Shown here: piece after piece, positions 1 through 8,487 of the stretch
Position numbering within the stretch: position 1 is the stretch's first letter
Layout: every line of letters begins with the position of its first letter
Assembly: GCA_963744145.1 (NCBI GenBank)
Contig: CAVUSO010000001.1
Location: 3,872,001-3,936,000, forward strand
Source: an uncultured cyanobacterium
GTDB taxonomy: Bacteria > Cyanobacteriota > Cyanobacteriia > Cyanobacteriales > CAWUOF01
Length of the DNA stretch: 64,000 bases
Reading direction: 5' to 3'
The notes under the pieces: model-generated
What the model was told of the DNA's origin: nothing
What the model saw: only the letters and a program-made list of their open reading frames with translations
The model's database searches: none
Position numbers and translations under genes: made by a program

Positions 1-284
1 AACACCCTAATCCCTAACCGTTCGGCAGTTTCAAGATCAACATTATCTGTCCCTGTCTGCGCCAATCCTATAACTCGCAATCTTCCGCTCCTTCCCCTCT
101 CCAACACGGTTGCATTGTTTAAATGATCTATCCCCGATCGCAAAACCACAGCATCACATTGAGGAATTTCTTCTAAAAGTTCTTCCAAGGACAAACCAAT
201 CCTTATCTCTACTACGGCAAACTTTTCTAACTCGGTAATCCCCTCTGGGTGGATTTCGCTGATGACCAAAACTTTTTTCTGCAT
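1..284 (-). CDS. D-isomer-specific 2-hydroxyacid dehydrogenase (SerA/PGDH-like), runs off the left edge
   Basis: Not in ORF track. Manual translation from ATG at 284: MQKKVLVISEIHPEGITELEKFAVVEIRIGLSLEELLEEIPQCDAVVLRSG...RLRVIGLAQTGTDNVDLETAERLGIRV, the typical PGDH substrate-binding N-terminus. Confidence 0.85.
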   Translation of the reverse strand, partial: MQKKVLVISEIHPEGITELEKFAVVEIRIGLSLEELLEEIPQCDAVVLRSGIDHLNNATVLERGRSGRLRVIGLAQTGTDNVDLETAERLGIRV

Positions 285-434
285 AACCTGATTAAAAATT
301 CTGAGAATAGGTAAAGACACTAAACACTATTAGATAAAACTCGCTTAAGAGGCTGGGACTGATTATAGCATTAATTGCTTCCAAGATGATTTTGAAACTG
401 AAGTAATGCGTTTTGAGATGTTTTGACAATGCCT

Positions 435-710
435 CTAATTTTCATGACACTGTTTTTCTTTTAATTTTGGTTTTGGTTGGATAACAGATTGGTTGCTATT
501 GGATGGGGAAAGGTCGATTTTACGTTCTGTCGGTTGAGTTAGTTTTGCCATAAATACAGCAATAGCAACGATAATAAAGATGGCAAATAATCCTAGCTGA
601 GGTTGAGAGAAATCTTTTCTAAAATCGCAGGACAAACATTGATAAACATCTTGGCTGTGTTGGACTAGGCTTTTTTTACCAAAATTGGGACATTCTGATG
701 ATTTTGACAT
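435..710 (-). CDS. small protein with degenerate Zn-ribbon (CPNF...CLSC) and one TM helix
   Basis: ORF 435..758, more likely start ATG at 710 (MSKSSECPNFG...). Hydrophobic segment LGLFAIFIIVAIAVFM. Confidence 0.6.
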   Translation of the reverse strand: MSKSSECPNFGKKSLVQHSQDVYQCLSCDFRKDFSQPQLGLFAIFIIVAIAVFMAKLTQPTERKIDLSPSNSNQSVIQPKPKLKEKQCHEN

Positions 711-1062
711 AAGTTGATATTTTCCTAATTTGCTGTTGAGGTTTTTTGTACTAAACACTAATTACTTTTTTTGAGGCGGTAGATAATTAGGGTTTTAAGA
801 AGGTTTTGACTGCCATTAGGTACAAGAACTCGAAAAAAAATATCCAAAAACTTGGTATTTTTTAATTAACTTCTGCCTACCATTTACTACCTACCACCTT
901 CCTTCTATGAAAAGGGATTTTTCGTTTGATTTTTCTGTGAGCGATTAATCCTAGTTTTTTAAGTTAAAAACCAGAAAAGTAGATAGATACAGAATTTCAA
1001 ACTCTTACCCTGTGAGAGTTTGTGTTTGCGCGTGAGTTGAATTCATACCTTGACTCAAACTC

Positions 1063-1266
1063 CTAATCCCGTTCAAAAGACAAGGGTTCATGGTGTGTTC
1101 GATTGTAGTCTGCTAAACAGTGATAGATTTCGATAAACATAGACTGAAAATCATTAAGCTCGTCATCTTCCATACGGTTCCCCTGGAGTTCAAGTTTTTG
1201 TCTAATGATTTGAGCCTCTAAGATAATAGAATAAACGATGTAGGCTGCTTTTGTTTTGCTTAACAT
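1063..1266 (-). CDS. hypothetical small protein (67 aa)
   Basis: ATG preceded by AAGGGAG SD-like sequence; divergent from the ankyrin gene. Confidence 0.55.
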   Translation of the reverse strand: MLSKTKAAYIVYSIILEAQIIRQKLELQGNRMEDDELNDFQSMFIEIYHCLADYNRTHHEPLSFERD

Positions 1267-1360
1267 TGAAATCTCCCTTTAAGTTAAGAATTTAAAACTG
1301 AACCACATTTGATAAGAAAATGATAACGCATTAGATTTGGTTTGAATTGCTCATTTTTTA

Positions 1361-1390
1361 TTCAGTTTACTGAAAATTCAGTTTACTGAA
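1361..1390. promoter_or_regulatory. tandem imperfect palindromes TTCAGT-N2-ACTGAA (x2), putative operator
   Basis: ttcagtttactgaa-aa-ttcagtttactgaa in a divergent promoter region, upstream of extended -10 TGCTATAAT (1443-1451). Confidence 0.5.
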
Positions 1391-1486
1391 TTTTTTTAAC
1401 GAATATTTAGAAAACTGAAAATGATCTTCTTGAGTAATGCGATGCTATAATAAGGAACGTAAATGCTTGTATGGAAGGAAATTATT

Positions 1487-2899
1487 ATGTCTTGGGTCGA
1501 AAAATTTAATGAGTCGCATATTAAAGCCTTTTATATAACCTTGAAAGGTATGCCCAAAATAGTATTGAATGAGTGGAGCCAAGCAAGAAATATGGATGAC
1601 TTGAGGGAACGGGTATCAGAAAAGGTAAAGAAAAATATGAAAGAGGAAACTATCAACCAGCACAAGACAACAATTAAAGAAAAACTCAATGATTACATTA
1701 AAAAATATTTGCTGACCGAAGAAGAAAGGTCAGAAGTAGAACAAGTAAAAAGTGAAGTTAGAAAAAACAGAAGAAGAACAAATTTAATCCTGAACACACC
1801 AACAGAGCTACTTGGGTTTATTGGTAAGTATCAATCAGTGTTTAATGCTCTTAGAGAAGGAGATCCTGGTTGTCTAACTCCATCTATCACATACGAACTA
1901 CATATAATCATTAAATCTACGTTGACAATTGTAGAGAAAATTAGTTTTCTAAGCAGACTAATTGAGACAAATCCAGAGATTATTAATCAAACCGATGAGG
2001 ACGGATGCACGCCACTCTTTACTGCTGTGGCAATGAATCAACCAGAAATTGTCGATTTTTTAGTAGGACAAGAAAATATTAAAATAGATATATCTAATTA
2101 TTACGGATGGACACCATTTCATAAAGCGGCGAATATCGGTTCTCTAGAAATAGCTCAAATATTGGTAGAATCTGGAACGATGATAGATAGACTTACTCGA
2201 ATGAATGCAAATGCTGTTTATGAAGCGGCTTACGGTTGTGATGACATAAATGTAGTTAAATATCTTGTAGAAAAACAGGGATTAGATATCAATATATCTA
2301 CCATAGATCAATTTACACCTCTGACTACAGCTATCTGGCGACAAAATTATCAAATTGCTAAATATTTAATTGAATCAGATAGACTAACAAGCATTAATGT
2401 CAGAGATATTAGAGATGAGAATGCTCTTTATAAAGCTATTTCACAAGGATGTTTTGATTTGGCTCAAATTCTTCACGAAAAAGGTGCAGAGTTCCATCGT
2501 CCTAGACTTTTATCATCCCGATCTATCACTAATGTAAATCCTCAAAAAACTTCATTTTTTGAAGCTGTGGAAAGAGATGATTTTAGGACAGCCAAGCAAC
2601 TTATTGAAGGAGAAACTGATCAAAACAAAAAAGAGCAAATGGTTAATCAAGTGAAACACCCTTATCAGCGAACATTATTATCTATTGCCGCCCAAAATGG
2701 CAATCAAGACTTGGTTAAACTTTTAGTTGAAAACGGAGCAAATGTATTCGCTAGAAATAATCATGGCAGAACACCTAAAGAGATGGTATTAATCCCAAAT
2801 AATGAAGAAGTTTACAGGTATTTAGACGAACAAGAACAGATCGTGAACCCCAATCCCAGTGAAGATGAACTTCGCCATCGCTATGGTGAGGCAACATAA
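1487..2899 (+). CDS. ankyrin-repeat protein with non-ankyrin N-terminal domain (possible HTH)
   Basis: Several ANK motifs (GCTPLFTAV, GWTPFHKAA, FTPLTTAI, RTLLSIAAQNG, GRTP). GGAAGGA SD before ATG 1487; alternative start 1463. Confidence 0.85.
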   Translation: MSWVEKFNESHIKAFYITLKGMPKIVLNEWSQARNMDDLRERVSEKVKKNMKEETINQHKTTIKEKLNDYIKKYLLTEEERSEVEQVKSEVRKNRRRTNLILNTPTELLGFIGKYQSVFNALREGDPGCLTPSITYELHIIIKSTLTIVEKISFLSRLIETNPEIINQTDEDGCTPLFTAVAMNQPEIVDFLVGQENIKIDISNYYGWTPFHKAANIGSLEIAQILVESGTMIDRLTRMNANAVYEAAYGCDDINVVKYLVEKQGLDINISTIDQFTPLTTAIWRQNYQIAKYLIESDRLTSINVRDIRDENALYKAISQGCFDLAQILHEKGAEFHRPRLLSSRSITNVNPQKTSFFEAVERDDFRTAKQLIEGETDQNKKEQMVNQVKHPYQRTLLSIAAQNGNQDLVKLLVENGANVFARNNHGRTPKEMVLIPNNEEVYRYLDEQEQIVNPNPSEDELRHRYGEAT

Positions 2900-2912
2900 T
2901 ATTTAAAGCTGA

Positions 2913-3033
2913 TAAGTACCTGAAATAAAAATAAACGGTGCTATGTGACGAAATGTTAAGCGCCGGACACTCTTGATATTGCTTTACTTTGATGGTAATG
3001 ACATAGTGCAGTTTATGTCTGTCTGACTACTTA
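2913..3033. mobile_element. MITE-like element with imperfect TIRs (TAAGTA...TACTTA)
   Basis: taagtacctgaaataaaaataaacggtgctatgt is an imperfect reverse complement of acatagtgcagtttatgtctgtctgactactta. Confidence 0.55.
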
Positions 3034-3287
3034 GCTCTCTTTTATAATTTTGGATGGAAACATTGATTTTTTTCAGGGCTGCAACAAATAACAAAAGAGA
3101 GTTTTATCTTTTTTATAAAACTGAAAAATTTTACTGCATATTTTTCAATTTTATAAACTTTTATTATTTTCAACAATTTTCGAGATAACTTTCAGCGAAA
3201 TGGATTTTTCCAAAAGCAAAAAATATGCTATAAAGGTATTGGGAAATATTTTTTGTACGCAATCAGTCATAATTTATTGGACTAAAT

Positions 3288-5126
3288 ATGAACAATTATA
3301 TGGTAAAGATTAACCGTAAGTCGGAGAGTTACAAAAAGGAAATTATTGTTTCAGGTGCACAAATAATTTTGAATATTTTGGGGCAAAAAGGTATTAAGCA
3401 TATTTTTGGCGTTCCGGGTAGAGAGTCAGAAGGAATTTTATTTAACGAATATCAAGATATCAACCTAGTTTTAACAGCTGTCGAAAATACTGCTGGATTT
3501 GCGGCTTATGCTTACACTCAAGTTACAGGGAAAACTCAGGTAGTATTTACTACTATTGGACCTGGTGTAGCAAATATGGCTAATGTCATCTACTCAACTT
3601 GTAGCGATCGTATTCCTGTGATCTTTATTTGTGTACAGGTAGAAACAGATAGAATTTTCCATAACCATACACATCAGTGTATAGACGCTGTAGCAATGTA
3701 TCGTCCTATTACTAAGTATGCTCATGAAATCGCAAATGTTGAGGAGATAAAAAATTGTTTGGAAACTGCTTTTGAGAAAACGCAAGAAGAACCTAAAGGA
3801 CCTGCACTCATTAGTGTTCCTATTGATATGCTCAAAGCTAAAATAGACCTTTTAAAAGCGCAGAAAAAAGTAGTATTAATAAGACCAATTCAAGGCAATA
3901 ATCGCCCGTCATCTATGCCAAATATGGATATAAAAAAAATTCAAAATGTAAAAGGTATTCCAGAATACATCCAAAGCTCTAATTACACTGCTCAAAAATT
4001 AATTGATATCAACAAAGCAGCCAAACTAATATCTAGTTGTCAACAACCTTTGTTATATGTAGCCAATGAAATAATTCGCTCAAATTCTGTCGATGAAGTA
4101 CAAGAGCTTTGTAATGAGTATAATATTCCGGCAATATTTGCATACGATACTAAGGGAGTTTTACCGAGTAATCACGAACTTAATTACTTTACTTGTAGTA
4201 GCTACGCTGAAGGAATATTAGGACTTAATCCTAATAGATATATTTTTCCAAAAGAAGTAGATTGTATAGTATCACTTGGTTATGATTACAAAGATGATGT
4301 ATTTCCCGAAAAGCATTTTAGATATGGAGAAGGGGGAAACCATAGATTACTAATTAATTTATCTGGTTTTATGCCCGATAAAATTGTTACAGAATTTGAC
4401 TTTCATATCAATGGAAATATAAACACTAACTTAAGGGAGCTTTTGAAATGTTTAAAGCAAAAACCAGCTAAGTTTAATCCTCCTTATAATATTAGCCCAT
4501 TGAGAGAGGCTATGAGCCAGAAGATAAAATCTACTAATTTAGAGACACCACCAGGAAAAATCAATATTGTTGAGGTAATCAAAAGCATTAATAAGCATTC
4601 AGCCGTTTTGGTTTCTGATGTTGGTACTTTCAGACATTACGCTGTGTTATTCAGCGAGATTTTAAAACCAAATTACTTCCTAACATCTGCTGGTAGTTCA
4701 TCTTTTGGTACAGGATTACCTTTCGGATTCGGGGCGGCTCTTGCTCATAAAAATGAGAAGATTATTGTCTTGGCTGGGGATGGTGGATTTAATTCTAGCA
4801 TAGGAGATTTAAGAACACTGAAAAAGTATAATACGGATATAGTGATTATTGTTCTGAATAACAATAAGAATGGTTTAATCAATATCTACCAGCAAAAGGG
4901 GCACAATGGTAAAATTAATAAAGATGCAGTAGATCACTCTAATGCCGATTTTGTAGCAATTGCAAAAGGATATGGATGTGAAGGTGCAAGAGTTTGTTGT
5001 TCCTATGAACTCGATTGTGCTATTAAAGATGCTTTTGATAAGGGTGGACCTTGGGTGATTGAAGTCCCTATTTATTACCCTGAAGAAGATATTAAAAGAT
5101 TAACCTGTAGCCAGAATTTAGGTTGA
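3288..5126 (+). CDS. ThDP-dependent enzyme, N2-(2-carboxyethyl)arginine synthase (CEAS)-like
   Basis: ThDP motif GDGGF-X-NN and catalytic Glu (LTAVE). Motifs FGVPGRES-ILF, IFHNHTHQCID, YAEGIL, GYDYKDD, SDVGTFRHYAVLF, FLTSAGSSSFG and NGLINIYQ parallel the recalled S. clavuligerus CeaS sequence. Confidence 0.8.
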   Translation: MNNYMVKINRKSESYKKEIIVSGAQIILNILGQKGIKHIFGVPGRESEGILFNEYQDINLVLTAVENTAGFAAYAYTQVTGKTQVVFTTIGPGVANMANVIYSTCSDRIPVIFICVQVETDRIFHNHTHQCIDAVAMYRPITKYAHEIANVEEIKNCLETAFEKTQEEPKGPALISVPIDMLKAKIDLLKAQKKVVLIRPIQGNNRPSSMPNMDIKKIQNVKGIPEYIQSSNYTAQKLIDINKAAKLISSCQQPLLYVANEIIRSNSVDEVQELCNEYNIPAIFAYDTKGVLPSNHELNYFTCSSYAEGILGLNPNRYIFPKEVDCIVSLGYDYKDDVFPEKHFRYGEGGNHRLLINLSGFMPDKIVTEFDFHINGNINTNLRELLKCLKQKPAKFNPPYNISPLREAMSQKIKSTNLETPPGKINIVEVIKSINKHSAVLVSDVGTFRHYAVLFSEILKPNYFLTSAGSSSFGTGLPFGFGAALAHKNEKIIVLAGDGGFNSSIGDLRTLKKYNTDIVIIVLNNNKNGLINIYQQKGHNGKINKDAVDHSNADFVAIAKGYGCEGARVCCSYELDCAIKDAFDKGGPWVIEVPIYYPEEDIKRLTCSQNLG

Positions 5127-5197
5127 TAGGTTAATCTAATATGAGATTGATCCGGATCTCGATACTGTTGGCGAAATATTTCTTAACACTAGGACTA

Positions 5198-5412
5198 ATA
5201 CCAATTCTCTAAATGCCGACTACAGATAGGGCCTCTAATATATAGGCTCGTCCCGTCTTTTCCTGAACCAGTTTTTTCCACTACGAGCAATTTCTTCAGC
5301 TCGGCATCACTTTCCTTGATGTCTAGGTGATAAACTCCTGCCATATTTTTCCTTCAACTCTACTCAAATTATACTCTACACTATCTGTAGTCGGAATTAC
5401 AAGAATTGGGAT
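5198..5412 (-). mobile_element. internally deleted IS630-family element (MITE)
   Basis: TIRs ataccaattct...ccgactacagatag / ctatctgtagtcgg...agaattgggat. Interior encodes MAGVYHLDIKESDAELKKLLVVEKTGSGKD, the N-terminus typical of cyanobacterial IS630 transposases. Confidence 0.7.
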
Positions 5413-5514
5413 AACAGCTCAACTCAGATTAAGTGCAATTTCATAGGCTATTGGGATGAACTGGATTGAGTTAGAATAAAATATCTAATATTAAATCAAA
5501 CTTAAATAAAATCT

Positions 5515-6450
5515 ATGCCAATCCAACCACCGTCTTCCACTATTTCCCCAACTGAACTACCACTACAACCACTACTACCAACCATGTATGATCTCCCTAG
5601 TGAGGACCCGGAGGAACCTGGTTTGCCCGATGAATTTCATTCGTTACAACCCCCATTACTGAGTCATACAATTCGTTTACAGGATTATCCCAAAGAGCGA
5701 ATTTTTACCGGCTCTGATTTAAACATCTATTACGATGTCAATCACACTCTTTGGCACAAACGTCCCGACTGGTTTCTGGTAATTGATGTACCCAGACTCT
5801 ATGAAGGTAGAGATTTACGTGATAGTTATGTAATCTGGCAAGAAAAAGTCAATCCGGTAGTGGTGATTGAATTACTATCTCCTGGAACGGAAAAAGAAGA
5901 CCTAGGAGAAAGAGCAGAAAGGGAGGAAGAAGAGGGTGAAAATGGTCAAGAAATACGGAGAGAAAATCTACCCCAAAAAGCTGAAATTCCACCGACCAAG
6001 TGGGAAGTTTATGAACAGATTTTACAAATACCTTATTATCTAGTATATAGTCGTCGTCGCGATCGGCTACGTCTATTTAAGTTAGAGAAAGGTAGATATC
6101 AAGAACAAGCATTAAACCCAACACAACAAGGATTTTGGCTGACAGATTTAAAAATTGGGATCGGGATCTGGTTAGGGGAATATGAAGGAATAAATCGACC
6201 CTGGTTACGCTGGTATGATGAAACTGGGAATTGGTTACCGACAGCAACAGAATTAGCCCATCAAGCTGAAATTCGGATTGAACAAATTAGCATCGAAGTG
6301 AACCAAGCTAAAATTGAAATTGAACGAGCTCACTCTGAGGTTAAACAAGAACGACAAAAACGGCAAGAATTATTACAAAAATTAAGTACCCTATCTCCTG
6401 AACAGCTCATTGCTTTAGGAATTAATCTAGGAGATTTTCACGACCAATAA
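5515..6450 (+). CDS. Uma2 family (DUF820) PD-(D/E)XK endonuclease
   Basis: LPTMYDLPSEDPEEPGLPDEFH, RPDWF, VVIELLSPGT, WLRWYD motifs. Confidence 0.9.
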   Translation: MPIQPPSSTISPTELPLQPLLPTMYDLPSEDPEEPGLPDEFHSLQPPLLSHTIRLQDYPKERIFTGSDLNIYYDVNHTLWHKRPDWFLVIDVPRLYEGRDLRDSYVIWQEKVNPVVVIELLSPGTEKEDLGERAEREEEEGENGQEIRRENLPQKAEIPPTKWEVYEQILQIPYYLVYSRRRDRLRLFKLEKGRYQEQALNPTQQGFWLTDLKIGIGIWLGEYEGINRPWLRWYDETGNWLPTATELAHQAEIRIEQISIEVNQAKIEIERAHSEVKQERQKRQELLQKLSTLSPEQLIALGINLGDFHDQ

Positions 6451-6586
6451 ATTGTAAATTATTTTCACGCCGATCGTCAAACCTACTCAGCAAGAAAACA
6501 AATCTTTAGCTGAAGCTTAAAGTTGCGTCTTGTTCGGGTTGATCTATAATTTTGTAGAGACGATGCCCGCGCACTTTTCTACAAAA

Positions 6587-6934
6587 TTAAATCTGGCTCA
6601 TAACTTCAGACTTTAACTGAGATGGAGATAAATCTTTCTCATTAATAAATTCATTAAATAGTTCAAAAAATCTATCCAGTGCATCTCTTTCATCTTCGGA
6701 ATAAAATAGAATTATTCGACTCCAATGTTGAGTAGAAGATTGATTAAATTTGCTTTCAATCCACTCCTGAAACTGCTCAAATTCTTGTTCTTCTTGACTA
6801 ACAGGAATATTAACTTGACGTAAAGCAAAAGTATAACCATCTAAAAAGGTCTGAAATTGACTAAGAGCAGCTTTCCCTAAATATAAAGCTGGTCTTTGTT
6901 TAATTTTATCAATCAATTCGTAAAAGCTAATCAT
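6587..6934 (-). CDS. conserved hypothetical protein (KIKQRPALYLG type)
   Basis: 115-aa ORF with SD; resembles small accessory proteins common in cyanobacteria. Confidence 0.7.
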   Translation of the reverse strand: MISFYELIDKIKQRPALYLGKAALSQFQTFLDGYTFALRQVNIPVSQEEQEFEQFQEWIESKFNQSSTQHWSRIILFYSEDERDALDRFFELFNEFINEKDLSPSQLKSEVMSQI

Positions 6935-6950
6935 AATTTTACCTCAATTG

Positions 6951-7161
6951 TTAGAACATGGGAGTGCCTAGTTTTTCTAATTGAGAGCGAATTGTTCCAA
7001 ATGCCATTGTTGCCGAATCATTAAAGGGCAAAGATATAAATTGAGATAGAGTATAGGTTGTTATTAGCTGTAGTCAGACTTTGAGCAAGCACTTGGATAA
7101 TATGCAGCTTTTGGGTGAGTGAAAGCTGCATGAGATGTACGTCAAGCTCTTGGATTAGCAT
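6951..7161 (-). pseudogene. decayed type II TA module: antitoxin-like N-terminus fused by deletion to a VapC/PIN fragment
   Basis: 7161->7021 encodes MLIQELDVHLMQLSLTQKLHIIQVLAQSL...; another frame (about 7050->6951) encodes LSQFISLPFNDSATMAFGTIRSQLEKLGTP, a VapC-like internal segment. Confidence 0.6.
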
Positions 7162-7162
7162 A

Positions 7163-7541
7163 TTGACACTCCCACGCCCAAAGGCAGTGGGATTCTTGAA
7201 TCAACGACCGCACTTAACCAACCCCAATTGCTTAGAATTAGCCAGAGGTGCAATCTCATCAAGCGTAGAAATTCCGCCGTGCCCCGGCGTATTTTTTACT
7301 AACAACATTTTGATTAGTTGTAGATTATCAATGGGCAATCGGATCGTTAGATCCTAAAATTACGCCGTGCGACGCTTGCCGCAATTTTCAGCGTTGCCAT
7401 CGATTGATATTAATAAGCGCGTATTTTCTTAGGAAAATACGCGCTTATTAATAGAATTTAATAATTTTTACGGCTCCTAAGCCAACAGCTGTCCGATTCA
7501 TCCCGACCCCTGAAAGGGGTGGGCTTTCTCGGTAACTACTT
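7163..7541 (-). mobile_element. non-autonomous IS200/IS605-family element (PATE) retaining both ends and the tnpB 3'/omega-RNA region
   Basis: Minus strand: left flank TTAC, then LE hairpin (CCCACCCCTTTCAGGGGTCGGG). Ends AAGAATCCCACTGCCTTTGGGCGTGGGAGTGTCAA, i.e. RE hairpin plus TCAA. No intact tnpA or tnpB. Confidence 0.8.
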
Positions 7542-7567
7542 GTAAGTGCCTTACTAGCGAACGTGAC

Positions 7568-7597
7568 TGTAGGGGCGTATGGCCATACGCCCCTACA
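7568..7597. repeat. GTAG-type REP palindrome (perfect 30 bp)
   Basis: tgtaggggcgtatgg|ccatacgcccctaca, just downstream of gatC. Confidence 0.8.
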
Positions 7598-7606
7598 TGG
7601 ACATAT

Positions 7607-7897
7607 TTATTCTTCATTTAAAATTTTCGGAACTTGGAAATAATCACCGTCAGGTGCTGGTGCATTATTCAGAATCCCTGCTCGATCAGGATAAGGTTGC
7701 AGCAAATCTGGTCTAGTGATATTACTCAGATCGATCGCTCTAGTAGTGGGTTCGACATTTTCTGTATCTAATTCACTTAACTGAGTAAAATATTCCAAAA
7801 TACTACCCAGTTGGTCAGTAAATTGTTTTTCTTCTTCCGAAGTCAAATGTAACCGGGCCAGATGAGCGACTTTACGAACTTGATCAATTTCCAACAT
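7607..7897 (-). CDS. gatC: Asp-tRNA(Asn)/Glu-tRNA(Gln) amidotransferase subunit C
   Basis: VRKVAHLARL...YFQVPKIL. Confidence 0.97.
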   Translation of the reverse strand: MLEIDQVRKVAHLARLHLTSEEEKQFTDQLGSILEYFTQLSELDTENVEPTTRAIDLSNITRPDLLQPYPDRAGILNNAPAPDGDYFQVPKILNEE

Positions 7898-7965
7898 CAG
7901 AATTTTCAGTAAAGTTGATTAATTGTTGCCAAGGATGAGGGGCTGAAAATTTTGCCCCTATCTAA

Positions 7966-8487
7966 TTAGAAAAACACATCTGCCGTTGAGCGTCCAGTAG
8001 TTTTGAGCCAATTTTGAGCTTCAATGTAATTGTTGGGTGCTAACCGGATCGCTCGCATCCAGTAATCCGCAGCTTGACCATACATCGATTCTGCTTCTTC
8101 GGCTTGCCCTTCGGCTGTGAATTTATCACCTTGAAAGTGATAGATTACAGCAATATTATTGAGAGCTTGGGGCATTCGCGGATTAAGCTCGATCGCTTGG
8201 TGATAGTATTCGAGGGCTTGAGCATGGTCACCATTACTGGTATGGATTAACCCAATATTATAAAGGATATAGCTCCGATCATTAGGATCTTCCTCTAGGG
8301 TTAAAGCTTCATAATAGTTTTCTAGGGCTTCAGCATATTCACCCTCTGCTTGAGCAGACATTCCATCTCTATAGTAGACAAAAGCTTCTTTGGCTTTTTT
8401 GTTAGCAGGCAGAATTTTGAGCAGAATATCTGCCATTACGGTAAAGCTTTTGTCAATAAAGTTATCGTTACGTTGAGTTCTTGGCAT
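7966..8487 (-). CDS. ycf3: photosystem I assembly protein Ycf3
   Basis: [18 protein letters not shown] repeats, [14 protein letters not shown]. Confidence 0.98.
   Translation of the reverse strand: MPRTQRNDNFIDKSFTVMADILLKILPANKKAKEAFVYYRDGMSAQAEGEYAEALENYYEALTLEEDPNDRSYILYNIGLIHTSNGDHAQALEYYHQAIELNPRMPQALNNIAVIYHFQGDKFTAEGQAEEAESMYGQAADYWMRAIRLAPNNYIEAQNWLKTTGRSTADVFF

Noticed and set aside
3288..5126. Ordinary acetolactate synthase large subunit (ilvB)
   Set aside because: No regulatory small subunit nearby, and the motifs (GRE, THQC, FRHY, TSAG-SSFG) fit CEAS rather than AHAS
7115..7357. 80-aa plus-strand ORF
   Set aside because: Antisense reading across the IS605 right end; no independent support
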